A DNA stretch of 64,000 nucleotides from the human T2T-CHM13v2.0 reference genome, Homo sapiens. This document shows, one piece after another, positions 12,348 to 24,620 of this stretch; position 1 is the stretch's first letter, and each line of letters opens with the position of its first letter. A program made the translations under genes and the position numbers. The notes under the pieces are model-generated. The model worked only from the letters and a program-made list of their open reading frames with translations, had not been told where the DNA came from and did not search any database. Location of the stretch: NCBI RefSeq assembly GCF_009914755.1, contig NC_060935.1, one strand, 5' to 3'.

Positions 12348-13517
12348 TAATTATTTATATAATCATTTGGTGACCTTTTGGAATTACTTGCTAGACTGGT
12401 GGGATCTTTGGAGTCAAGTCCATGTCTTACATGTTTCCCCACAGCTATTCTTAAAGCATAGAAAACACAATTATGTTAGTTCTGTTGCATTGGATTTAAT
12501 TGTGTCCCCAGATCATTAGAGTCACTGGAAAATACATATGGAGGCCAAGAAACTGCTCTGGGTTACTGAATCTTTGTATTCACTTGTGGAGTGGTAGGTT
12601 CCTTTCAGACAGCTACCACCTGACTTTCCTGTCAAGCTCAAAAATCTCCAAATAGAGCCCATTTGTAACTTGGACCATATGAGGTCTTGCATGAGGTGTT
12701 GATTTGCATTGACAGAGTCATGGAAGTATATTTCAGAGCAAATGCTCCCTTTTCCTTTTTTAGTACTCTAATTTAGTGTGCCTACTGTCTATGTCAATGA
12801 TGGCAAATGTGTGACACAAATGTCACCACTCTCATCTCCTGCAAAACTGATTGCCATCTGAATCTATTGGAGAGTTCCTTCTTTGGAAGGGAAAGCTTGA
12901 TTTATTCATTGGACATCTGGTTTTAGCTGAGTGGAATATTTTACACCATAATACCTACACTGTTCACTTATGTAATATATTTGAGATAGCAGAATTTTCT
13001 GGCTTAATTTAATAATTTATTATATTATATTAATTATGGTGCAATTCCTGGTTAATTTGGGGATTTCCAAAAGGGCCTTCAAAAAATCACATTCTCCTTC
13101 TACCTACCTGCATCTGAAAAAAATGAAGATAACATCGAAAATTAAACATGAGTGCCAATATATCACCTTTATAACTGATAGAGGCTGAATATGAGCATAT
13201 GACTTTAATCTGATGGCAATTGGCCTTGGTAATACTAAACCCAAGAATCAGGCACTTCTGCACCCAGTATCAGTTACTACCATACTGGAGTAGGCATGCT
13301 GAGTCTGCCCAGGCAGGATTCACAGCATGAAGGAGTGAAGAACATACGTTCCTTGTGAACATTTGCTTTCAAGAAGGGCAAAGCTAATCAGACAACACAA
13401 ATGTATCTCTGCAAACTTTACCAGTTGGATAAGTCACTCCAACCTCTGAGTGGAGGTAAGACTGAAGCAGGAAACAGAGTCAAAGCATAGACTTAAGAAA
13501 AACTTCTCCTCATATGA

Positions 13518-14152
13518 TATGATGGTTAATTTTAAATATCAACTTGACTGGAGTTAAGGAATATTCAGATATTAGGAAATGCACTATTTCTGGGGATGTC
13601 TGTAATGGTGTTTTTGGAATATATTGGCATTTGAATCAATGGATTGAGCAAGGAAGATCTACTCTCACCTGATTAAGGTGGGCACAGTCCAATCAGTTGA
13701 GGACCCATATAGAGCAAACGACAGAGAAAAGGCAAATTTTCTTTCTCTTCTGGAGCTGGGACACCCATCTTCTCCTGCTGTTGGATATCAGATTCCAGGT
13801 ATCTCAAAGCTTTGGACTTCAGGTCTTGCGGCTTCCCAGGTTTTTAGGCTTTCGGCCTTAGACTGAGAATTACACCATTGGCTCTTTTGGTTCTCAGGCT
13901 TGCACTGAACTAGGTCATCAGCTTTCCTGGTTCTCTAGCTTGCAGATGGCATATTGTGGGATTTCCCAGCCTCCCTAATTGCACAAGCCAATTTCTATAA
14001 TAATAAACCTTCCTTTCATCATCTATCTACCTACTTACCTACCTACCTACCTATTTATCTATTATCTCTCTCTTTCTCTATGTATCTATCTATCTAATCT
14101 ATCTATATGTCTATAATCTATCCTATTGATCTGGAGAACCTGGACTGATTCA
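13518..14152 (+). mobile_element. MLT2 (ERVL) solo LTR, MLT2B/D-like, with internal (CTAC/TATC)n
   Basis: Starts tatgatggttaatttt...tcaacttgactgg and ends ctggagaacctggactgattca. AATAAA near 14002. Confidence 0.9.
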
Positions 14153-15199
14153 GAGAGTCAAACTTTGGGGAAGAGAAATTAGCTTCTATCACTTAGTTCC
14201 TAAAAATTGTACTATGATTTAAAATGTCTAAGAATTTGTCCATGTGTAATATTCCTTAAAACTGACACACCTCTATGAGTTAGGCAGGTCAAGTGCTCTT
14301 ATATACATTGTCTATATAAGAAAACTGAGAACTTTTTATAAACAGACTCATGGTGGATTATAGCCAAAACAAACATTTTATCTTAATCCTAATCCAAAGA
14401 ACTTCCAATCTAATATACATTATCTGTCTTGGTTTTATTTATAAATTAATCTCATTTCATTTAGAGGAAATTTATTTTTACTAATGTCTATATTTTTATG
14501 TGTCTAGGGCAGTGCTGGGAACATAGTAGGCACTCTATCAAAATTCATTCAATGGTGCGAGTAGTTTCTTTAAAAAGCAAGCTTAGTGCACAGGGTTTAT
14601 TTTATATTAACATCTTTGGTCTTTCTTAGCTATGCATTTTCTGTCTTCCCATAGCTCTTGAACAATTCCAGACAGCAGTTTTGTGCTCAGGAAGTTTTAT
14701 TGTCGTTAGTATTATTATTCATTAAATTGAATTTTAAGGTAGATATTTGAACATTTTTACCTGCTTAAGACAAATAATGATTTAAAATTATGAATATCTG
14801 TTGTAATGTTTAAATTTTAAACATAGATAGATATAATGGTATGTCACTTCCTCCTTTGTTTCTCTATTAATTCAGCTAAAAATTAAGCTTAATTGAATTA
14901 ATTCTAGGTTTCTGTCAATTTTTGAAATTCTTTTTACAGAGAATTTTTCAAAATTGCAAATGTGCAAGAAGTGGCATATTTTTATTTTCACTTTATTTTC
15001 AAGTCTTAGTGCAGAAACTGCTTATTTAGCAAGTAATTCAAACTTAGTTATTTCTGGATTCTAGGACTATGCAAACTTCTCAATGATTTATTTAACCTCA
15101 AGGCATTGATGGTATTCCTCCATCTATTACTTGTTAGTGTCTACTGGCTACAACCAAGACCAACATTGTCCAGTTCACTTTGCCCTTCCAACTCCTATA

Positions 15200-15480
15200 G
15201 CTTTATAGTTACTGTATTAATCACCTTCCTTATTCTCATTGCAATCACCCATTGCCACCACCTTTACATAATCTGTCATCATTTAATCACCTCCCCAGTA
15301 CTATTATTATCACAAATATCTTTGCCATATTGCCAGTAATATCCACCAGCAGCACCTCGTCATTGTCCACATTGCCACATCATTTTTATTGTTAATTTTA
15401 GCACTAGCACTAAATTAACATCACAATCATCATTGCCATCACGTGCTTCATCACCACCACCATTAACACATTCTCAATAA
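15200..15480. repeat. Decayed (CAT/CAC)-rich low-complexity tract
   Basis: Recurrent atcacc/catcat/ccacca with strong G depletion. Confidence 0.55.
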
Positions 15481-15620
15481 TTAACAATGGCAAAAGCACT
15501 AACACTTTTATCCAAATGTGGTGTTTTGATTTCACATTCCAAAGATAATTATTTCATGTATTTTCTACTTTTCTCATAATAGCTTTTTAATAATTAAAAC
15601 CTTCATATTAATTAGGATAG

Positions 15621-16280
15621 GCATTATGGAAAACAGTATGGAGGTTCCTCAAAAAATTAAAAAAAAAACTCCCATATGATCCAGCAATCCTACCAGCAGG
15701 TATATATTCAAAAGATACAAAATCAATATGTAGAAGAGATATCTACATCCATATTTATTACAACATTGTTCATAATGGTCAAGATATGAAACCAACCTAA
15801 GTGTCCATCAGTGGATAAATGGATACAGAAAATGTGGTATACATACACAATAGAATAGGACTCAGACTTAAAAGAAGGAAATCTGGTCATTTGCAACAAC
15901 ATAGATAAAACTGGAGGGCATTATGTTAAGCAAAATAAGCTTGGCACAGAAAGACAAATGTGGTCATGATCTCATTTATATGTGAAATCTAAAAAAGTTA
16001 AACTCAGCAACCGAGAGTAGAATGGCATTCACCAGAACCTGGAGGGTGTGCAGGTAGGGGAGATGTTGGTCAAAGGACACAAAATTTCAGTTAGATGGGA
16101 GAAATAATTTCAAGGTATCTACTGTACATCAGGGTGACTATATTTAAAAACAACATATTATTGACTACATTTAACTTATATGTTGGTAACTATATTTAAT
16201 AGCAATGTTTAATAACAACATAGAGTATTGTTATTGACTTGAACATTGATAAAGAAATCGATTTTTTGTTCTCAACACAC
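15621..16280 (+). mobile_element. L1MA 3' fragment
   Basis: tatggaaaacagtatggaggttcctcaaaaaatt...caaaggacacaaaatttcagttagat covers the L1MA ORF2 end and 3'UTR, followed by a (CA)-rich tail. Confidence 0.9.
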
Positions 16281-17170
16281 ACACACTCATACACACACAC
16301 TCACAGAACCTTCACTTTAAGCTGAATATTTGAAAATAGCAAAGGCAAGCTATCTAATCATTTCTTTCAAGGTTTTTAGCTTATGTTAGTAGGTGTGCTC
16401 ATCGGACATAGTGTCTCAGATTACTTTGAATGCTATATGAATGATCTCCTAAAGAAATTAATTTCCTGGAATATCATTAAATCCATAAATAGATACCTAA
16501 TAAACAATTCCAGTGTGCCCAATCATTTGCTAGTAGGAAAATACTAAATATATCAATATAAAATCAATCCTATAGCCTCAAAAAGCTGACATTAGTTCCT
16601 TAGAGATCAAGCTTAAACAAAGGGAATTGATATAATTCTGCCACTTATAGAGTACTATTTATGTTCCAGGTACTGCACAAATTATTATAAAGAATATGAA
16701 GATGAATGTCATTGTCTCTATGGAATTTATTGCTTGCAGTTTAAAAGTCACACTGTCCTGCTTTTCCTACCTTCTGTAATACGCTGTGATCAACTAATGG
16801 GCAGAAATCTCTATTTACATTTCAAAAGCATCTGGCATAGCAGTTCTCTCACAGTAACCACTTAATTTTTTTTTTTTTTATTGAAGGAATGCTGTTTGGA
16901 TGAATTACTTAACACAACCAACAAAAGGGTTTGTACAATCTAAACTGTGACCACTAAAGATTATAACAAACTTACGTAGTAGTTGTTTAACTTACCTACA
17001 GCTATTGGGAAGCTTTATAAAAATAATTTTAAATCCCTATCCATAAATTCTAAGGTATGATGTGTGTTGTGAAGCATTTTAAGATGCAGAGGAAAATTAT
17101 TCAGGGCAAAGTGCATCTATTATCAATTAATGAATGTTTCCTTGAAATGAAAATTGAAGCACCGCCTTAC

Positions 17171-17241
17171 TTGAACTTCTTGGAACTAGCAGCCCACAGG
17201 AGATTCTTGAGATCTCCAGATAGCAATCCTACCACTACCGT
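17171..17241 (-). CDS. Candidate coding exon 3 (71 nt, phase 0-2)
   Basis: Acceptor catattcaacag (moderate), donor CAA|gtaagg. Reads TVVVGLLSGDLKNLLWAASSKKF. Confidence 0.25.
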
Positions 17242-17899
17242 CTGTTGAATATGACCTCATTGTCTACTTTTTTTTTTACTTTCTATTTTGTAAGTTAAGG
17301 CCACCAGGAACAAAGATCTCTGCCATGACTCTGGAAATTTGAATTTGGAGAAATCTTTAAAGAATCCACAACTTATTTTATTCCTCATGATCCTCCACTG
17401 TTCTAGAAACTCTGAGGTTTCTGTTCCATTTTTACTTCAACTTCACTATTTTCACTCACACTTAGAGAAACTTCATTTTAAAAAGGTTTTGGAAATCTCC
17501 ACATTGCCTCAAAATTCTTCAAAGTTAATCTGTCTAATCAGAGATTTCCAGGTCACTGGTCTTTTCTTTCTACTTTTACTTCAGTTTCTGTCACCCTCTT
17601 TTTTTAGACCACTAGGTTAATATCCCAGGTTTGAATATATTGTACTAGAAGAAATGATGGTGGCACTTAAGAGGCAAGGGAAGGACATAAGTTTTGAGAA
17701 ATATCTACTGTAAAAACACATACCTTTTAGAATGTTTCCACTGTGTGTTATGAATAAAATATAGCATTTGAATAAAGGTTGAAGAATTGGATAATATGAA
17801 ATAAAAGGAGCTAGCTTAGATATAGAAGGTAATAACATAAAAAAGACTTATGCAGAGAAAATATAAAGGAGCTGAAAATTCAGGATTTTAATGAACATT

Positions 17900-18680
17900 A
17901 GAAAATAGAAGGCCCAGAATCTACACTGCAGGAAACAACAACAAAAACACAATGTGAAGAATAAGTCAGCGAAGTTCCTTTAAAATAAAGAGGTAAAATA
18001 CTAACTAGAGTAAGAATAGTAAGAAAAGTAATACTGATGTAACAGAGAGTTGGCAATGGGATAACAGAGTGAAGAAATTGAATTGATATAATGTGTGTTT
18101 CTAAAGAAAAAAAGTTATTCACAGAAATTTTATCAATGGTAATTAAAGTATAATAAAGTCAAGATTTTCTGAGCCAAAAAAGACCCTTTCTAAATCACAG
18201 ATACCCATTTGCAAAGGTTATATAAAGTAAGCAATGCTTACAAATGGCCCAGCGAAAATTTTGAAAATCGAGAATAAAGAAATTAGCCTGCAGCCACTTA
18301 GGCTAGAAAATGAAAATGAGAATGGGACATATTACTTACAATGGAAGAAAAATTGGAGGGGCCAAAAAATAAAGTCTTTGTGTCCCTAAATTTAAACTCC
18401 AGAAGACAATGGAGCAACCTCCAGAGAGTTTCTGTACTCAATTAAACTTTATTTCATGGAGGAAGGAAATAAAAAGCAAAAAAGTCATACAAGGCCTAAA
18501 TATGAGGACAAACATGTTCTTCCTTAAAAAAAATAGTCAAGATAAATTTCAGCCAAAGAAGAGATAGTTAAAAAAATAAAAATCATAAGAATTTGTAGTA
18601 TAAAAAAAGTGTGGGTACTAAATCTAAAAATTATGGAACTAAGTATAAATGATTGTTTTAAATATGACCCCAACATGATA
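17900..18680 (+). mobile_element. Highly decayed HAL1/L1 ORF1-like relic
   Basis: A-rich strand with ccagaagacaatggagcaa, a motif typical of the ORF1 3' part. Confidence 0.5.
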
Positions 18681-18804
18681 GTAACTACTTAATTTCAATT
18701 ATTCACTCATTTATTTCAAAACATTAAATACTTCTTAGTCTTCTGACAGCTGGGGTACTGCCCTTAGGAATTTATTTTATAGTTTGGAGATCTATTCAAC
18801 AAAC

Positions 18805-19766
18805 TGTCAATGAGAACAGCCACACTCTGTAAAATATTTGAAGAGATTTATTCTGAGCCAAATGTGAGGACCATGACCAGTATGAACAGACCCAGGAGAT
18901 CCTAAGACATGTGCTTAAGGTGGTTGTGTTGTAGATTGGTTTTATATGGAAAACATATAAAAACAACATGATAGCAATCAATTCAACTAGCAACAATCAA
19001 TTCAATTAGCAACATGACAGCAATCAATTCAATTAATACATGTAAGATATGCATTGGTTCAGTCCAGAAAGGTGGGACAACTCGAAAGGGTGGGAAGAGC
19101 CTTATAGGTCATAGGTGGATTAAAAGATTTTCTGATTGGCAATTGGTTGAAACACCTGAAAGTTATTATCTACAGACCTGGAATGAATAGAAAGGAGTGT
19201 CTGCTTTAAGATAACGGGTTGTAGAGACCAAGGTTCTTATTAAGTATATGAAGTATCATAGGTGACCACCCCCAGAGGCAATATATGGCAAGTTTTTTCT
19301 ATTCAGACCTTTAAAAGATGCTGCATTCTGTGCTAACCTCTTCAGGATCAGAAACAGACCTGGAAAGGAATGGAAATTCTCTACAGAATGTGGATTTTCC
19401 CCACAAGAGATAGTTTCTCAGCATCATTTTAAAACATGCCAAAGAAATATATTTGGGTACAAAATACTTCAATTTTCATCAGGGCCTGCTATCTGTCATA
19501 TGATGCTATACTAGAGTTAGGTTGGAATTTGGTATCTTATCGCTGCAAAGAATCTGTTTTGTCAGTCTTAAGATATCTGTTTTTGTAGTAACACTGGTCA
19601 GCTGCGGCTGAATTCAAGGGAGGAAAGTAGAATGAGCCATGTCCAAGCTTTCCTTCCCCTCATGGCCTGAACTAGTTGTTTCTAGGATTCTTTGAAATCC
19701 CATTGGCTGAGAGGAGGGGTCCATTCAGCTGGTTGGGAGACTTAGAATGTAAGTTTTGGATGATAT
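18805..19766 (-). mobile_element. MER4-family (ERV1) solo LTR
   Basis: tgtcaatgagaacagccacactctgtaaaatatttgaagagatttattctgagccaaat is the reverse of the MER4 3' end. About 960 bp. Confidence 0.85.
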
Positions 19767-20076
19767 AACCAAAAAGGACATACGAAAAATAAAGTTATAT
19801 ATGCATATGATGAAAAAATTCATCATATGATATGTGATAATGACGTAAGGAAACTTTAGATTGGGGTGCCAGTGAAGACCATTTTAAAAGGTGATATTAG
19901 GGTGATTTAGGGTATAAATGTCCAAAAGATGCTTTTTATGTAACAATCTAGAGGAAAAGTATTCAAAGTAAAGGAACAGTTAACTACAATAGCCTAAGAC
20001 AAGAAAGAATGTGATGTTTTGAAGAATCAGAAGAAAACAAGTGCATCTAAACATATTAACCAAAGAGGAGAATAAT

Positions 20077-20201
20077 TATGGGACCATACATATATCTGTT
20101 TCCCTTGAATACACCCAGTTTATACCTGTTGCAATGTATTTAGTACCCCTTTTTACTTTCAATTGTGGCCTAATTTGGACAATAAATTATATGGACGCCT
20201 A
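20077..20201. mobile_element. MER94-like hAT-Blackjack MITE
   Basis: gggaccata...ccagtttatacctgttg...ttggacaataaattatatggacgccta, about 125 bp with degenerate TIRs. Confidence 0.6.
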
Positions 20202-21835
20202 CAAAGGGGTATGAAGTGAAATCTGAATGTTATTCAAAATCAGAGAAAATTACTCACTCCTACTCTACTCCTTCCAAGGTGTAGTTTTATTGAGCAATAG
20301 ATCAGATAAGAGTAGAATGGCAACACAGATGCTTAAAAAGTTTATTTACAGTATCTGACTAAGGTCAGGGTGAGTGCTGTTAAAGCGTTAGGTTTTCTCT
20401 ACGTTATTTTCCCATTCATGGTTTTTTTTTTTTTTTTTTTGGTGCAGTACTTCTATAAACCCTTCCATATACCTTCCCCCAAAGAGTAGCTACATAGACC
20501 ATGCTTTGATCTCCCTTGAATTTGCATGTGGCTTTTCTACTTATTGAATAAATATCATTATACAGGCACTTCATCACCAAAGCAACAAGATGTGGAGCAT
20601 GAGCAGTTCAACCTTTGAAGATAACTCAGACTAATTTGGCCAGCCTCTCCGTCTGAGGGTCTGAGATCATAAGAAGGTAAACATTCTGTAATTCCTAATT
20701 TTTTTTTAGAGTGACTTGCAGGTGAGTACATTTCACCATGAATCTACTTATTTATTTTATTTCTATTAACTTATGGTGTTGTGCTTTCCTTCTCTAATAA
20801 CGTTCCCTTCTGATCAGTGTTCAGTTGAACACAGTACCCGACTAAAATGCTGCAGGGGCTTTGAAAACCAGGCAAAAGGATTTGAATTTCATTCTGAGTG
20901 TCATAGGAAAACCATGGCATGTTCAAAGCAGGAAAATGATATGACTTCATTGATGTGACTATAGTTGGAGGGAAGTAAATTAGAGGAAAGTAAGAGTAGA
21001 AACAGAGGGAACAATTACAGGGTTTTAACAATATTCTAAGTGAAAGGTGACTGTGGCTTTCAACAACATGGGGCATTACAGGTGGAGAGAAATGAATAAA
21101 TTTAAGATACATTTTGAAGTTACAGTTAACAGATTTGCTAATGAATTGGTAGGAGAAGAGAAAATTCAGTGAAGTACAAACCAAAGGAATAGCCTTCATT
21201 TTGCCTGGTTATTTGAGTAGAAAGTGTGACCATTTATTTATATGAAGAGACAGAGGTATGTCAAGAATGCAGTTTTGAACTCATATTTAAGATGTCCATA
21301 AAACAGCTGGAAAAGTTAAAGAAAATGCAAGCTTGGCATGATAGGATGAGGTTTGGAGTCAGCAATATTAAGACATTATTTAAAACCCTCAAATTTAATG
21401 AAATTGCATATGAAGTAAGCATAGCTAGAGATGAGATGGGATCTCAAGGCTGAGCCAGGAAGAATTCTCATATTAAGAGGATCTACTAAAATGGGAGCCA
21501 GAAGCTCCTATTTTATCCAGCAAATGGATGAAAGACACCCACATGACTATAGCTACTATAGAGAGATAAACACATAAATCATAACACCTTATTCTCCTGA
21601 CTACAGTGCTTGGTTTAAGAGAGAAGAGAGGAATAGATATGACTCCAGTAAGGTCATTAAGAGTTATACCTATTTCTAACTGGAATTTTCAGAAAAGATT
21701 ATACTCTCTAGTTTGTGAAATGTGAGGATTGAACTAATAATTACCAATATAATCAGATTTCCTACATCTTGGAGGAAAATGGTTTGCAGGATAAAGCTTA
21801 TGCTTATATTATTCATTTAACTAAACATTATATAC

Positions 21836-22212
21836 TGTATTAGCCCATTTTCACACTGCTATAAAGAAATACCTGAAACTGGGTAATTTATACAAGAAAG
21901 AGGTTTAATAGGCTCACAGTTCCACATGGCTGGGGAGGCCTAAGGAAACTTACAATCATGGTGGAAGGTGAATGGGAAGCAAACTTGGACCTTCTCACAT
22001 GGCAGCAAGAGAGAGAGGAAAGTGAACAAGAGAGAACTACCAAACACTTATAAAACCATCAGATCTCATGAGAACTCACTCACTATCACAAAAACAGCAT
22101 GGGGGGAACTTCCCCTATGATCCAGTCACCTCCCACCAGGTCTCTCCCTCAACACCTGGGGATTTCAATTCAAGAAAGGATTTGGGTGGGGACACAAAGC
22201 CTAATCATATTA
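21836..22212 (-). mobile_element. THE1 (THE1C/D-like) MaLR solo LTR
   Basis: tgtattagcccattttcacactgctataaag...ggggacacaaagcctaatcatatta. Perfect 5-bp TSD TATAC (21831-21835, 22213-22217). Confidence 0.95.
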
Positions 22213-23471
22213 TATACCATTTAACAACACTGAAAAACTATAATTTTATTTTCTATCCCCCTCTGCTAAAATAAAAGGTCCCTGGGGGAGAAGACTTTGT
22301 TTTGCTCATGTGTTTTTAGTCCCTAGAATGGTATCTGGCACAAAGCAGATGCTCAAGAAATACTTTTGAATTGATGTAATATTTATAATGTATATTGCAT
22401 TATCCAGAAAAGACAAAGTTCTAAAAAAGTTTTGCTTTACCTAAATGAAACAATACCTTCTCTTAAGACTCTTTGTTCATTAGTATTGATATATGACTAG
22501 TCTCATATTATTTCCTGTCTCCAAAATACTCTCCCTTTCATTTTTCTGTATCTGTTTAACGCCTCCTGTTCTCCAAATCCAAAGTCAGATCCTTCTTGAA
22601 GTATAGCTCATATCCCATAGGGTGTTATTATCTGTGTTACCTAGTAGTTAACATCTATTTCCCTGCTATTTTTGTCTTCTTTTCTGATGTGAATATAAGC
22701 TTTCTAAGGATCAGTATAATAGACATATTCAATGGTCATATTCAGTGGCCCCAACTACATCTCTTTCTAAAGACCTAGTCCTTTCATAGTCCAGAGAGAG
22801 ACCAGGGATACACATTAGAGACCAAACCAGGCACATTTGCAATTCAGCCCCTGCTGTCTGGAAACAGATAGGCACCTTGCCCAAAGTCCTTCAGTCTATT
22901 TTCTGTCCGGAAACCATCATCTTTTCTCTGAAGAGAGAATTTCAAATGAAAGACTGTGATGCATTTTCCTCTGACCTAATGTTTGTATGAAGCCAAAGCT
23001 GGAACCAGCACCATTACAAGGCAAAGTCATGTGCTACCCGTTTTTATAGGAGAATGAAGACTATGACATAGGTGCATAAAGATAAATTTTAGCCACACAG
23101 AGAGGTGTTTCTTTTGTTCCTAACAGTTTCCTGTTTCCAGAAGGCTGATTTGTACTTTGTTTTCTGTCCTTGGTGTTATATATCATTCTTCTGTGTTCCA
23201 GTCAATGGAACCCCATTATTTGACCTAGCTCAAGTGGATTTCTTCTTCTTGAGGAAATCAGCTTTGACTGAAACCACAGAAACTAAATTCTCTACTACTT
23301 CATTTTCTTTAAATCTGCCCAGGTGCTCTGCACATAGTAGGGCATTGTGAAATTATTATTTTTCAATAAATCTATGGCATTGTGTTTATCTTTTTACAAC
23401 CTACACTTCCCCCTTTCCAATAGTTAGTTCAGTATTTGCCCTCAAAGGTCATTATTATCTTTGTTTCTTAC

Positions 23472-23584
23472 CTCAAGCACTTCATTCAACACATAGAAGT
23501 AAGTCCTATTCATGTTTGAGTCACCAGATTGATAATGTGCAACTTCAACCTGTTGTTTCAGTTGTTGGTGATAAAGGATGAGTA
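23472..23584 (-). CDS. Candidate coding exon 2 (113 nt, phase 1-0, internal ATG 23513)
   Basis: Acceptor ttttaatctgctcttgtaaaatctag, strong donor GAG|gtaaga. 37 open codons LILYHQQLKQQVEVAHYQSGDSNMNRTYFYVLNEVLE. Confidence 0.25.
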
Positions 23585-23899
23585 CTAGATTTTACAAGAG
23601 CAGATTAAAAATATTTCTTTAAAATGTCAATGGGAAAAGATGCTTTGAAATGGTCTCTTCATACAATATGCATCTCCAGATTCCTTCAGTTATGGTGCCA
23701 CCTTTACTTACATACAAAAGGATTATTTTAAGTCAAGTTGTTTTCCTCAGTGCTGTCAATATTCACCAGATTTATTTGCCCAATGAAGTATTTTTTTGTT
23801 GTTGTTCTTCATCAAAACATCTCTCGTCCTTGCTGGGCTGATGGTCGAGGATCAGAAAGCAATATTCCACCTGTTCTTAAAACCAGCATTTCTTAGCAA

Positions 23900-24130
23900 G
23901 GTTAAGCAGTGCCTTTTTAAACTCCCAGTGCTGTTTGCGTCATCTCCTGGTGAGTCAAACCTGTTATGTTAGTACATCGCACAGAGAAAGGCCAGCAAAC
24001 TTTAAAACTTTTAAAAAGCAGCTATTTTGTGTGGTCTGCCTAAAGTAGCTTGAAATGTATTTATCAGGACTCCACCTGCCACTTTATACTCAATAAGCCC
24101 TTTCTTTAAACAGCTGATGCCACTTCCTAT
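23900..24130. promoter_or_regulatory. Candidate enhancer motif cluster
   Basis: TGCGTCA (23936-23942), TGAGTCA (23951-23957), RUNX-like tgtggt (~24030) and E-box cagctg (~24110) in non-repeat DNA. Confidence 0.35.
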
Positions 24131-24384
24131 TCTAGGACACTGAACTGCCACTACATCCCTAACCTGGAAGATATAAGGAAAGAGGATATAGAATCAGAGG
24201 CTCTTTTGGGAAGTATTCACTTGGGTGGGTTCCCATCTTTAAGAGTTTTCCTTTGAGAGAAAGCCCTGAACAACAAGGCAATGACCCTTCTCTGCCTTAG
24301 CACCTGATACTTAATTACATTTCCTGACATTTCAAATGCCCTAGATCCTAAACTTCAGATTTCCACCACACCAAAAGAGGACAT

Positions 24385-24620
24385 GCCCTAGTGTATTAGT
24401 TGGTGAAATGCAAATAAATAGAGAAGAGGTATTATAAGGCTAAATAATTTGGGAAATGCTGAGCTAAACAAAGCTATGGGTTTTTTACTGCAGAAATTCT
24501 GTTATCTTTAAAATGGTAAACTGCGTTCTGCATTTTCAGGTGGAATACATTAAATGCCTGTTTTTCAGGTTGAATTGACCACTGAACTCTAAGTGGTGTG
24601 AAATATATTAGGGTGTCTTT
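24385..24620. mobile_element. MER103-like hAT-Charlie relic
   Basis: aataatttgggaaatgctgagctaaacaaag...tttactgcag. Confidence 0.55.

Larger units (their letters stand above)
18700..21490 (-). mobile_element. Fragmented L2 LINE (pieces ~18700-18804, ~19830-20070, ~20855-21490)
   Basis: L2 3' end attcactcattt, then colinear reverse L2 motifs such as aaggatttgaatttcattctgagtg and gatacattttgaag. Interrupted by later insertions. Confidence 0.65.

Noticed and set aside
7787-19035. Short repeat arrays as CRISPR-like structures
   Set aside because: No unique spacers, no cas genes, and the context is eukaryotic.
19804-19829. 11-bp-arm hairpin catatgatgaa/ttcatcatatg, and the 14-bp palindrome at 14881-14894
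   Set aside because: Short and AT-rich, plausible by chance or local slippage.
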